Origin: Paecilomyces variotii
Taxonomy: Eukaryota
Reading direction: 5' to 3' (one strand)
Length of the DNA stretch: 64,000 bases
Assembly (NCBI GenBank): GCA_004022145.1
Contig: RCNU01000002.1
Shown: piece after piece, positions 43,527-55,755 of the stretch
How positions within the stretch are numbered: the first letter of the stretch is position 1
Layout: each line of letters starts with the position of its first letter
Made by a program: the position numbers and the translations under genes
Notes under the pieces: generated by a model
What the model was told of the DNA's origin: nothing
What the model saw: only the letters and a program-made list of their open reading frames with translations
Database searches by the model: none

Positions 43527-46500
43527 TTTGCTTTAAACTGTTCTCTTTTTTAATATTTGAAAGCACCACATTCCTTTCTTTTCTCCCTCTTTTACTGTCA
43601 GTTTTCCTTCTTTTGTACTAGAACTGAGTGTATACAGTTAAGATACTACAAGTGATCCTCACAATCAATATTTATTTTCTAAAGGACTCCGCAATCGCTG
43701 CGCGCATACGCTCTATCTAGCCTGTCCATAGTATTGTTCTTTCCTGGAGATCGTGATACGCATCAATTTTTATTATTGTTAGCAGCTAAATGCATAAACC
43801 TATATATGAATCAATCTTGCCAATTAAAATTATCGCATCCTGTTTCCATGGCAAGAGAGCGATCATTCGACATGGTCCCCTTGTCAGGAACCGGGATGGA
43901 GATGCCGGATCGTTGCGGATCTTCTCATCGAGCGTTATTTTGAGTTTGGACGATGACAGTTGGACGTCAAGTATGGTATCTGAGTGTGTATTGGAAACGA
44001 GAAGGATCGAATGATGGAAAGTATACCTCGAGAGCTTGCCACTATATTCTAGTGATTTCTTCAGAACTGTATGTTATTCCGGTTAGCAATGACGACTCTC
44101 TCGGATACTACTTGCCGATGTGTTGAACCTTAAGTATGGTCTGTTGAACTACCTAGCTTATACCGTACATCTAGGCTGCTTGATTGCTTGCTTGCTTCTG
44201 GTTCTAGAAGGGGGGTTGAAACCATATTTATCTCCTAATTATACAGAGAATCTGGATCTAAAGGGTTTCGCAGGTTCTATCTGTTATGAGAACTCTATGA
44301 AAGCGGATGATACAACAGATCACCTGGACGTACGCTTCGTGCGCCGACACCGTGGCTATTCTATTTCCTCTGAGTCTTTGATTCTCAGGTCCAATTCATA
44401 TATTGTTCTTACATATATAGTCATCCTGGTCATAACTTATATCCCTGAATCATCGCGTCTATAGCTTTGCATATAACCCAAGTTTGGAATATCTAGACCC
44501 GCGGCATTTGAAAACCGCCCTCTGGGAACACCTATACTTAATTAGGCTCATCAAAATGTATGAATAGCATTTAGCTTATCGTCGTCTACCGTCTGTTAAG
44601 TTCCCTCTTGATCCATTCCCAGGAAACAGTATCATATCATGGTTGTATATTTGACTTTCTGTATTTCTAGCCGAATCATTTCCCTGACTGCGCTCATATG
44701 ATCTCTCAAGTCTAAGGTAGATTTCCAGGAAGCCATAGTCTTGAGCATCGCGACGAAAATCGTCTACTATTTCGTTTAGTCGCGTCTGCTCGGGAAAAGG
44801 CCCCAAACTCAGCCGTAAGCAGAGTAGCTCGTCTACGAAGCAAATGAATGTATATGATTTCACACCAGTTATGCTTCAACTGGAAATCACTAAAATACAG
44901 CCTAATAGCAGTTTTCGGTACCGTAGGGCATTATTAAAGCAGTCTATGTTTCTATAAGCTATAGCGATAAAACTAGGAAGTAAATTCTATTCTGCATATT
45001 CCATGTCATGTGTAGGTCTTTATGTGCTTAGAGTAAAGAGCCCATCGAAATTAAATTGGGAATGAGAATATATCACAAGAATAACTAGTTATTATAGAGA
45101 GCTCACCTCTCGCCTCTTTATGAAAAATATTGGCCATCAGTCAACTTGAGCTGAACGCGACTCCTCCAGTGGAATTATTCCGTACTATCTTTCCCGAAAG
45201 GTCTCATTCACATTCACATATTACCTAGACTATTTCTAGCTGTCAATCTATCCAATGATACTTCTAATAGAAAGAGATCAGATGCCTCGGATAGACAGTC
45301 TACGATTCCGGTGGGCCAGTTTCTACTGCAGGTCACAAGTTTAATTGACTGGTGTGGCTGCCGGGAGAAAATCTGATATGTAGAGGATTTTCCGGGGATC
45401 TACCGTGAAACTTACACCGCTAGATTTTGATCATCATCGGAAGACTATCCGGACTCTTACCTATTTTTGCCTCTTCTCTTCTACCGTATTATTTCTTTCC
45501 ATTCTATCCTTTTCTATATGTCTTTCCCCTATTATAAATCTTCATTAGTTAGTTATTGTGTCCTCTTTGACTTTCTTCTGCCCCACCCCAAGATCCGCCG
45601 GGCGATGTGGCCAGTGAGTTTGACACCGCTGCGTAAGATAGTGCGTCAACGGTTTTAATCCGGTATATCTATACGAAGTACTAGTAGCAAGAGAGAGAGA
45701 GTAATACAACGCATGCGAATAATACTGATCGCCAATCCCTAGCTGAAAAAGAAACGCAGAGTCCCTACTTTATTTGTTCTCTTGCACACATAATCTTCCA
45801 CATAATCCCATTCCGCGCCTGTCCGAGAGTGCCGGAGAACCGATGACTCCTCTTTTTTCAGATGCATAGAACCAGTCTAGAATTCTGCATCATCTTCGGA
45901 GGCCCGAAACCCCCCGCTCTTTGGCACAAGATCAGTTTTAATAATAATAATAATAATACCCATCGGGCGGGAATTCTCGCGTGAGACAAGCCACGTAGAT
46001 ACTTGGTGCTAGGTAGTTTAGTCACCTCGCCTAAGTTAATCCTACTTCTACCATACGTAGGGCCCCGCCAGTGTGGTGGTGCCAAACGGCGGTAGTTGAT
46101 GTATAAAGTATCGGTCAAGTCGATACTGCACGCACACCGTCTCTTTTTTATTCTTCAATGAACTTAACCCCTCGTTGATGATTTGAAGAATATCCAGAGC
46201 AGTGATTCATTATACTGCTGTTTTACCCTCTGAATATTGTTGATATCATACTTATCATCTATTGATTGGTAAAAAGAAAAACAAAACACAATATGGCCGC
46301 ACTCTGGGTCTTCGTTGCTCTTGGCTATATACTTCTCTATGCATTCGCTTCTGTATCTCCTCTTATGGATTACAATACCGACATGACTTTATCGCCTATA
46401 CAGATGCAATCATGGAATCTGCCCCAGCAGGCAGACGTCAATTTAATCAGACGGTCTGACAACAAGCTACCAATCGGTGGCTCCCACCTTTGGTGAAAAG

Positions 46501-47820
46501 ATATGCGAATCATTCGACATGAAGTATGGAAGCATGAAACTCGCATACTCTCTCCGATGATACTCCCTATAAACTAGAGATCACGGCAACTTCGATGAAG
46601 GCGAAGGGAGGAGCTATATCAAAAAGGGAATCCCTCTCATATTAGAGGACGTCATTGATGGGTCGACAAATAACCCAGTACGCTCCAACCTGCGTGAGAA
46701 GAACAAGACCACATGAAGGTTGGCGATATCAGATTTGAGATCCCCCGTATCCTCTTATCGATCGATAGTGACTGTGAGGGCTATCGACTACGAAGTCTCG
46801 AAACCTCGCGCAATATCTCGGCGTCTGCGCGTCCATTCGCTGTACGTCTATCGATCTATGATGCCTAGACATGGACTGGAGGCATATGATGGGTCAGAAG
46901 TCGATCGTTTTAAAGCAGCACATACGAGTTGGGGGACCCTTGACTCCATTGGGAAAGTAAGAGGCAACCAGGGAGTGAGAGAATGACACATTGATTATGA
47001 GATTAACGACATGATGAGAAATGGATGGATGAATGATGGCAATGAATCTTTTATCTTGTGGATTTACAATCTATTTGTTTTTGGAGTTCTATAGCGGGGT
47101 CGTACTGGATGGATCGAAGACGGATCATCATAGCTTTTCCGATATTTATTGAATTTGAACTAGATATTTTCTGAAATAACTCTTGATGTGTCAACGCCTC
47201 CTTTTGCCTGTCATCGTCTTCCATACTTGGTTTGCTTTGGGGAAACGCTAAAATAAATATAAGCCAAGATCTGATATCCTGTGGCGTATCCCGCCCACAT
47301 CCCAAGATAGCTAACTATCTAGACTCATGACGTAAGATTCCGGAACACAAGACTGTTGTCGGTCATAGAATAGAGTAGATCCGGACTCAGGAGTGAAACG
47401 ACATTTTTAGAATATTTTTCTTGGTCGGCTCTTTGCCGCCGTTCACACCTTAATGATGATCACGATCCGATCCGAAGACATTACCCATACATCAGCATAC
47501 AGACGGTAGTCTCGCCTCAGGTATATGGTTATGACGAGGTAATGTTTCTAACTTGGAAAATCATGGAAACGGCACTGGCGAGCCCTAGAAGCGGGTATCA
47601 TATCTTGAAATCCAGGCGACCAGGATAGATTTCAAACCGCATAGCTGCCGGCGCCTGGCCAGCATAGGTGATAAGCTTCGCAACACTTTTCTTAAATCTT
47701 CTTTCTCTCAGACCATAGATCTGCAGACATCTCTTCGGCTCGACTTAAGATACCAAACGATTCCGGAGTGCGCCTGACCAGCACCTACCCAGACGTTATG
47801 TAGTATCGACTGCGGCAGGT

Positions 47821-48999
47821 TTAGAACCAGATCTTGATCAACTCTTCACTGACAGCGCTGGGTGTCAACACTCCGCTCTCAGTGATAAGAGCCGAGATGA
47901 GATGTGGTGGGGTAAAGTCGACAGCGTCGCGTCGGACTGTCTTGCTGTTCTCTTTGTCGGGAGGGGCACCGTTGAGAAGTGCGCTCATGTGCTCAGCTTT
48001 CTCTTCCTCGGAGTTGAAATTGTCCTCAGGGGCTTTGCTGCCGTTCTGTGCAGGTTTCTGCTTCTCCGCATCGATATCTTCTTCCGTCTTGAACTCAATG
48101 ACGCTTTGGTCAATGGGTAGGTCGTACTGTCCCAGCGGGTAGAACCGGACAAACTTGTGACTCTCAGCAACGACATAGAATGGCTTGCCCATAGCCTTGG
48201 CCAGAAGCCCGATCTGGTAGGTGCCCATGCGGGATACAATGCCTCCGTTCTCTACCACACCTTCTGCACCGACAATGACCATGTCCACTTTACCCAACGA
48301 GTATGCGACAGCAGATTCGGGGATCATAGCAACCGGGACACCCTTTGCCCTCAGAGAGCGAACCGTATCGAGACCCTCGGGCTCAACGGAATCGCCATGG
48401 ACAGACGGCAAGACATAGATGACACGGAATCGGACCGCAGAAGGGCCACTGTTCTCCTCAGCCGCTTTCTGAAGCAGAGCACTCACGACTCTGGAGCCAC
48501 CGTTCGTCAGAACTGTGCTTCCATCTCGAACGAAGCCCCTCCCGAATGCAGCGATCTTGTCTCTGCTTTCCTTCGCGCGCTTGATGAATAACCGTCCATT
48601 AGATAGTAGATGAGCTCTGATAGCGTTAAAATCGCCTGCTGGCCCTAGCTGGCCTGGTCGTTGTAGGGTCGTAATCAAATATCGCTGGAAAAGATCGGTG
48701 CCCGCGGACAGTGCAATAGGGTTTGGTATCGACTTTTTCAAGTGGTCCGTCGATTTCTCTAGAAGGTCGAGGGTCTCGGAGATAGTAGAAGAAGGTGAGT
48801 GTGTGAGAAGCAGAACTAAGGCCTCGATGGCCGCGATGGGCATTGTCAGATCGGGGTCAGAGCGGAGGAGATCATTGTAGGTCGACACGATGCTGGGACT
48901 TGAGGTTAGCATGACATCCCCCGCAGAGTATTTATTCTACGGTGGTACTTGCTCGAACGGTTTCGAAGCTCCCGACGAAGCTTCTGTGGTCGCCGCCAT
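47821..48999 (-). CDS. GCN3: Translation initiation factor eIF2B alpha subunit, exons 48999-48953 and 48892-47821 (GC-AG intron)
   Basis: MPIAAIEAL, LSAGTDLF, VGAEGVVENGGIVSRMGTYQ, VVAESHKFVR, VDFTPP, GVLTPSAVSEELIK. The spliced length of 1119 nt is a multiple of 3. Confidence 0.93.
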
Positions 49000-49309
49000 T
49001 GTGCCTGTGGAAGAGAACAAAACCCAACCCCGCGATATAAGAATTAACCACCAGCTGTATGAAATGTGCTGGGAGTGACTCTCTCTCACCCGCAGAACGT
49101 GCAATAGTTTGTGTTTGCATCCGTTGCAGCGCTGCCCCTCGGCGCTAGTCCGCTTTGGGGTCTCTCTCTTCTGCCGGCAGGCGGTCGCTCTCGTGATAGA
49201 TAAACAAAACATCATTATTATCGTCGGCGGTGCAGCCACACCGCAACAGCTGTTCCGGGTCGTTAACGAAGCGCGGGTTTTGGTTCAAGGTTCTTCGTTC
49301 TATGCAACC

Positions 49310-50861
49310 ATGGCTTACAACCGGGCGAGCCAGCAATTCCATGGTGGCCAGCATCATGGTCGCGGTCGCAAGAAGGAAGATGACAGCGACGCTCTGATGC
49401 GTCTGGTTAGTATTAGTTCCTTCAGATGGCTCAGCACTCGCTAATTCTGTTACTCCAGCCGGACAAGGAGATTGCAGGATGTATCAATGATATCGGCGTC
49501 CCTTTCACCCCGGCCGATCTAGTCAAGCCAAATCCGCAGCAGATCCAGATGGTGATGGAATGGTTCGCAGAGCTTCTTATGAATACGACTCGTGAAACAG
49601 TCGACCCTGCAATGAGAGCGGCGGCAGAGGATGTTTGCGGCGACTATGCAGACATCGTGCCTAATGACACGCGCAATTTGATGGGATTCTTCATAAATTT
49701 GCGAAAGCTGATGATAGAGGTATTTTGCCGCTTAACCTTGTCTTAGACCTCGAAGAGTATCTAACAAGGGGGAATTTAGTGCGGTGTCAACGACTTTACG
49801 TTTACGGATCTGACAAGGCCGACCCATGATCGACTCGTGAAGATCTTCTCGTATCTCATTAATTTTGTCCGGTTTCGAGAGTCACAGACGGCCGTGATCG
49901 ATGAGCATTTCAACAAAGCAGAGGGAACCAAGGCGCGAATCGAGACGCTCTATGCGGAGAACCAGGAGATGGAACAACGCCTGGAGGAGATGAAGCGGAA
50001 TCAGAAAGCGATCGAGGGCCAAGTGAAGGACAAGGTCAGACGGAACGATGAGCTGAAAGCGCGGTTGCTGGAGTTGAGGCGAGGTCAGGAAAGAGTCGCA
50101 GAGACGTTGGAGCGAGTGAAGGCAGAGAAGGCCCGACGGCAAGCCTTGCTCGAAGAAAAGATGGAGAAGGTCGTCCGCAGCCGGCAGGAGGCTGAGAAAC
50201 TGAGGCCATACGTTCTGCAGAGCCCTGCAACCCTTCAGCAAAATCTAACCGAACTTTCGGAGAATCTCATGCGTGAAAAGGCGCATATTGACTCTATGGA
50301 AAAGAGACTGCGAGCGTTGCAGACTTCAGCAGATACATTCAATGTCGTCGCAAACGATGTGCACGCCTGCGCCAAACTTCTCGAGGATATTTCGGCCGAG
50401 CTCCAAAAGGAAGAAGAAGAAGACGCTAGGGCTGTTCGGAACAGGGAAGCCATCTCTGAGAGAGGAAACAATGTTCGGGAGGTGGAGCAGACAGAGAAAT
50501 TACTGCAAAGACAGCTAGCCCGATGGAACGAGAGGATAGAGGCGCTGCGGAAGAATAGCCAGGAGAAGCAAGAGATTGCTCAGGCAAGGATGGAAGAGCT
50601 GCGGAATATCCAGAAACAGCTTCGTGAAGAACGCGCAGAGAAACAACGCGAGATGGAACGGAGGAGAATACGAATCGAGCAGACTGAAAAGAAGGTAAGC
50701 TTCACTGTCTTTTTCTTCTGTCTGAGACACAGCTGACATATATGCAGATGGCGGATCTCAAGGAAAATATCGAGCGTGAAATTCACAGCGCGCATGACGA
50801 GTATCTGAAGATGGAGTCGCACATCAAGCTCTACATTACCGAGATGGAAAAGTGTCTATGA
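49310..50861 (+). CDS. NUF2: Kinetochore Ndc80-complex subunit Nuf2, 4 exons
   Basis: [56 protein letters not shown], long coiled coil, ends YITEMEKCL*. Confidence 0.92.
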
Positions 50862-51004
50862 TTTCTTTTTGGCACGCTGGAAGGTAGTTGGAGTTTATTG
50901 GCTGGCTAGTCTAGGATACCCATTTTCTTTCGATGTGATATGATATACATAGATACCTGGGATATGGATATGGCGTTTAATGGCCTATTGTGTTGTGATA
51001 TCCA

Positions 51005-51709
51005 TCAAGTCTCTGCTGACATTTGTTTCTTTTGCTCAAAATTAAACCATCTTTGTGCGATGCTTTTCACAGGTACACTGCTTCCAGACCGGCCAGCTCC
51101 CTCACCACTGGATCTCGTGGTACCACTGAGTAATGGCACATGGACATTCCAGAGGCCATCACCCCGCTCACTGCTCTGAGGATCTAGGGCGTCCTTACAT
51201 TCACAGAGGACTATATCGAGACTTTCCCTAGCAGAAACCTCAACGGCAAGGGCCAGAGTCCTCGACAAGCCTTGGGCAGAGAACTCGGAAGATGTAGCAT
51301 GGAGAGCTACAAGATCGACAATTGCTAACAGCGGCCTGCTGCTATTGTCCGTCCTTGAGCCTTTGTTGTCTGTAATACGTAGACCGGAGAGATACGCGCG
51401 CAGATGCTCGATTGTTGGGCAGAAAGCTAGTTTGATTTTTCTTGAATTCGCCAGGAGCCCAATCGTCTTTCTGAGGAACGGATGGTCCGGCTCTCGTGCG
51501 AAACTGCGACGCTCATCGTTCTCAAGCTGCTGCTCCAGGCTCGTCGGAGATGCGGCGTGTAGTGGATGTATGCAACCCGACAGTTGCTCGAGGAAGTGAT
51601 CCCGTGTCGAGCATACAAGTAAGACTGTTGAACAAGCCTCATTATGTATGATGGATGCTAGAAAATCCGATATTAGATCTGAGAAATATATCCTTTGCTC
51701 TCTGGTCAT
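51005..51709 (-). CDS. Hypothetical protein with alpha/beta (possibly degenerate RecA-like) pattern
   Basis: Open 234-codon frame with TVLLVCSTRDHFL, IKLAFCPTIEHLRAYLSGL, LLAIVDL, SEFSAQGLSRTLALAVE and VPLLSG. Start is uncertain. Confidence 0.75.
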   Translation of the reverse strand: MTREQRIYFSDLISDFLASIIHNEACSTVLLVCSTRDHFLEQLSGCIHPLHAASPTSLEQQLENDERRSFAREPDHPFLRKTIGLLANSRKIKLAFCPTIEHLRAYLSGLRITDNKGSRTDNSSRPLLAIVDLVALHATSSEFSAQGLSRTLALAVEVSARESLDIVLCECKDALDPQSSERGDGLWNVHVPLLSGTTRSSGEGAGRSGSSVPVKSIAQRWFNFEQKKQMSAET

Positions 51710-52030
51710 TGGCACCGCTGCGTGTTCTTTAGCGGGAAAGCTGAGACTGTTAAAGGAGATCCATATAGTAGGCCCAACAGTATTTGCATCTTATCGTATG
51801 GAACTCGCTAAGATTGCAACATTCGTAAGATCTCGCAAGTAATGAGCGTTGTAGCAGATGTTGGAAGAGGGGCCGCGGGGAGAATGGTGAGCGGGACGCT
51901 TAAGTATGATGCCGCCGATGCACTCGGCAACTCATCGTGGAAAGACGCTCCAAGCTCTCGTGCTTCTTCTTGTCCACGACAACTTCAACGCCGCCAACAA
52001 AGGCGCCCTGCTGGGCATATACGGGTCAGC

Positions 52031-54660
52031 ATGGAGACTATTTCGAGGATATCTTCGATGCTGGAGACAGGTACGGTTGGTCCTGTTCTTGCGCGTCCGC
52101 GTGCAACGTCGACAGCGCTTCCCCGGTTGCTAATAATCCCTGCGTGCCTCCAGCTCGAGAGCTCACACTGGAAGCGGCTCAGTCGGCTGGCTCTGCAAAT
52201 ATAGCAAAGCCAAATTATTCCGCTCGGGGTCTTACCGTATCTCATATCAAAAAGCTCCTAGAGAGCCGCAATGACCGAGAAGTGCTGGACGGGATGCGGA
52301 GGGTCATTTCGGTATGCGTTTGCCCCGTATTGTTTGGTCTCGACATCCATTAACGGTCTGAATACTGAATCTAGTTGATGTACCGCTCGGAACCCTGTCT
52401 CCCTTTCTTCTCCGCCGTTGTCAAGAATGTCGCAAACCCGAATATTGAAGTGAAGAAGCTTGTCTACATCTACCTGCTCCACCATGCAGAAGCCGAACCC
52501 GATCTGGCGCTGCTCTCTATCAATGCGATACAGAAGTCGCTCACGGACCAGAACCCTCAGGTTCGATCCATGGCCCTGCGTACAATGTCGGGTATCAGGG
52601 TGCCCGTCGTCAGTCAGATTGTCTCGCTCGCCATCAAGCGCGGCTGCGGAGATATGAGTCCTCACGTCCGCAAGGCAGCTGCGCTGGCTATCCCAAAGTG
52701 TTATCGTCTGGATCCAAATACTCTGCCGCAGCTGGTTGGATATGTATCCACATTGCTCGGTGACGCCCAATACTTCGTTGTTGGCCCTGCGGTAGCTGCG
52801 TTTATGGACGTCTGTCCCGATAGGATTGATCTGATCCACAAACATTACCACAGTCTTGTGAGAAAGTTAGTTGACATGGATGAATGGAGCCAACTTGCAA
52901 CGCTACGGCTATTGACAGTTTATGGCCGGAAGTGCTTCCCTAGGAAGACGGAGAAAGTCCGAAAGAAGGCGACCAAAGAGTTTTATGAAGAAGAGGATCC
53001 CCAGGACCAAGGAGAAGAGACAGGTGAAGAAGTCATCTCTGTGGACCGTGACTTGGAACTGTTTCTACGAGCGTGCAAGCCACTCCTCCAGAGCCGCAAT
53101 TCTGCTGTCATTCTGAGTGTTGTCCGCTGCTTCCTTTACTTGGGAACACCTGAGTATCTGGAGTCTGCTATTGGCCCTCTTGTTGCTCTCGTCCGCAGCC
53201 CACAGGATATTCAGCATGTTGCGCTCTACAATATTGTTGCGGTAGCGCTGGAAGCTCCGAGATTATTCGCAAGATACGCCTACCATTTTCTTGTGCATGA
53301 TGCAGACCCGCCGCACATCTGGCGTTTGAAGCTCGAGGTGTTAACAATAATATTCCCCTATTGCGGCATGCACCTGAAGGGTGTCATCATTAGCGAACTG
53401 GAGCACTTTGCACGAGGGCCCGACGTGGATCTAGTGAAGGAGAGTGTCCGGGCCATCGGACGCTGCGCGCAGAGCGACAGTCGAACCGGCGACCACTGCC
53501 TCAATGTGCTTCTAAGTCTAGTGACTAGTCCAGACGAGGCTCTAGTTTCTGAATCCTTGACAGTCATCCGTCACCTAATTCAGCAAGATCCGCTGTCCCA
53601 TAAGCATACAATCATACAGCTCGCGAAGAGTCTCGACACGACTACGAGCCCCGAGGCGAGAGCCTCGATCATCTGGCTAGTCGGTGAGTTCGCCAGCAAC
53701 GAATCAGAGGAGAACAGTATTGCCCCAGACGTCCTACGAATTATCGTACGGGGTTTCGCAGACGAATCGGAGGTTGCAAAACAGCAGATTGTTCTTCTAG
53801 GAGCCAAGGTGTACCTTCAGCACCTCTTACGCAAATACCCTCAAAGCAAAGCCAAACCTCCAGAGGAGATCAAGCCTCCCGTCGAAGAGATCCGCAACGA
53901 GTGGACCGATACTCAAGACCAAGAACAGGAAGAACAGCAGAACGGCGATGAAACGGAAAAACAGCCAGAACAAGAAGACAACCTAACACTTCTTTGGCGA
54001 TATGTCCTTCTCCTCGCTCGATATGATACCTCCTATGACCTCCGTGACCGGGCTCGACTTTACAAAGCCCTGTTAGCGGATCCCTCCTCAACGCAGCTAG
54101 CCAGTCTGCTGCTCTTGGCTCCCAAGCCTGTGCCACACGCACCTAGTCCCTCAGAGACTCGCAAAGATCTACTCATCGGTTCATCAACTCTCGTCGTCGG
54201 ACCGGAAGCCGGTATTCATGGTCTGTCGGGCTACGAATCTATTCCTGACTGGGTCGAATCTGGAAACGAACCAGACCCGCGCCTACGGGAAGATGCAGCC
54301 AAACCAGAACCCACCGAACGGACCCTGACCGCCGGTGAACGCCTCGACAAAGCTCTAAAAGAGCACGGAACAAGCGTCGCAGCCCGCATGAGACAAAACG
54401 GCACATCTGCCGCCGCTGCGGCAGCAGCTCGAAAGAACAAATCACTAGACGAGTGGCTTGCCGACGAGGAAGAAGAGTCCGAGGAAGAATCAGAGGAAGA
54501 AGAGACCGAGTCAGAAGAAGAGACGGACTCCGAGGAAGAAGAAGAGGACGAGGACGAGGAGGAGACCGATTCCGATGAAGAGGAAGAAACCGACTCTGAA
54601 GACGAGAGAGAGACGCAAGGCTTGATGGCAGGACACGGTCCTTCACGGTCCGGAATCTAG
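52031..54660 (+). CDS. APL6: AP-3 adaptor complex beta subunit, exons 52031-52070, 52154-52311, 52375-54660
   Basis: FSAVVKNVA, EVKKLVYIYL, PDLALLSINAIQKSL, ALRTMSGIRV, VRKAAALAIPKCY, YDTSYDLRDRAR, and an acidic C-terminal hinge. Confidence 0.93.
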
Positions 54661-55755
54661 AAGGTCCGATCTAATATGAAAGAAAAGATGTCCATGAACA
54701 TGATGCATCGAGGCCTTTTCTAACCTTTAATCAGTGATCCATCCATCCAGCTAGCTAGCTCTGTATATATCTTCCTTTTTCTTTTCTTTCCTTTTCCGGA
54801 TCCAAGGAAAAATGGTATAGAGAATTTGGAGATGAAATATATAATAATGATGCTGATTATAGTCAACTGCTATACTAATGGGGAGAATTGATTTGAAAAC
54901 AGAACTAATACTATTCGAGATAGTATTTACGCTGCAAACATTTCAAGTTCGCTGGATAGATGATATATAGACTAATTTGCTGTTTTCTTAATCCTCTAGA
55001 ATTTAAATAAATAATGAAAAGTGGGCGCTAATAACCTAGTCTAAATGCAAGAATTCGGACTGCGGATGTGAGATACCGTCAAAACAGCCATGTTCGAGAG
55101 TGAAAGTTAGTATCGTATAGCTGAGGGGCTATTCCCCGGTCACATTCTCCAAATGCAACGTCGTCTATCACGAGAAAAGTGGCAGCTATCGCTTTAACAC
55201 CCACATGCGTCCGGGTGATGGCATAGCAACATATTCATAGTCCGTCGGATTGGATTCCTACAAGAGGGTTACAGTCCGGCAAAAGGGCTGGGCAAACGAC
55301 TCCTCATAGATAACATGGTTCTACAGCACCTACCTGCTGCGTAGCTAGATTGGCCAGAGGTGTGGAACCCGAGAAACCAGATAGGGCTTAAGGTATCAGG
55401 CTGACGCCGGCATGTCCTCTCTTCAATCGAAGGCGAGGCGGATACAGGACTAGGGGTAAAACTAATGACTGCCTGGGATAAAGTAAGTCTTGGAGGCCAC
55501 TGGAATCTCAGCAAGCAGCTGCCAAGTTAATGTGAAAAGGCAGCTGAGCACTGGAACTAAGACCGAGGCAGAAGCGGGGAAGCGACGCCTCGAAACGATA
55601 TATCGAAAGAAGCAAAAGCAAGGGCAAAACAAATGTACATAGCTCGGATAGAGAAATGACATATTAACATAGTAACTCATGAGTGTGTGATATCGACTGG
55701 AAACTGCGGAGAAACTGTGTGCTGTATTCCATAGTCGGTTGCTCAGCATGGATAA

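Noticed and set aside
54460-54615. GAG/GAA-rich repetitive tract
   Set aside because: Encodes the ordinary acidic hinge of AP-3 beta and is not an independent repeat element.
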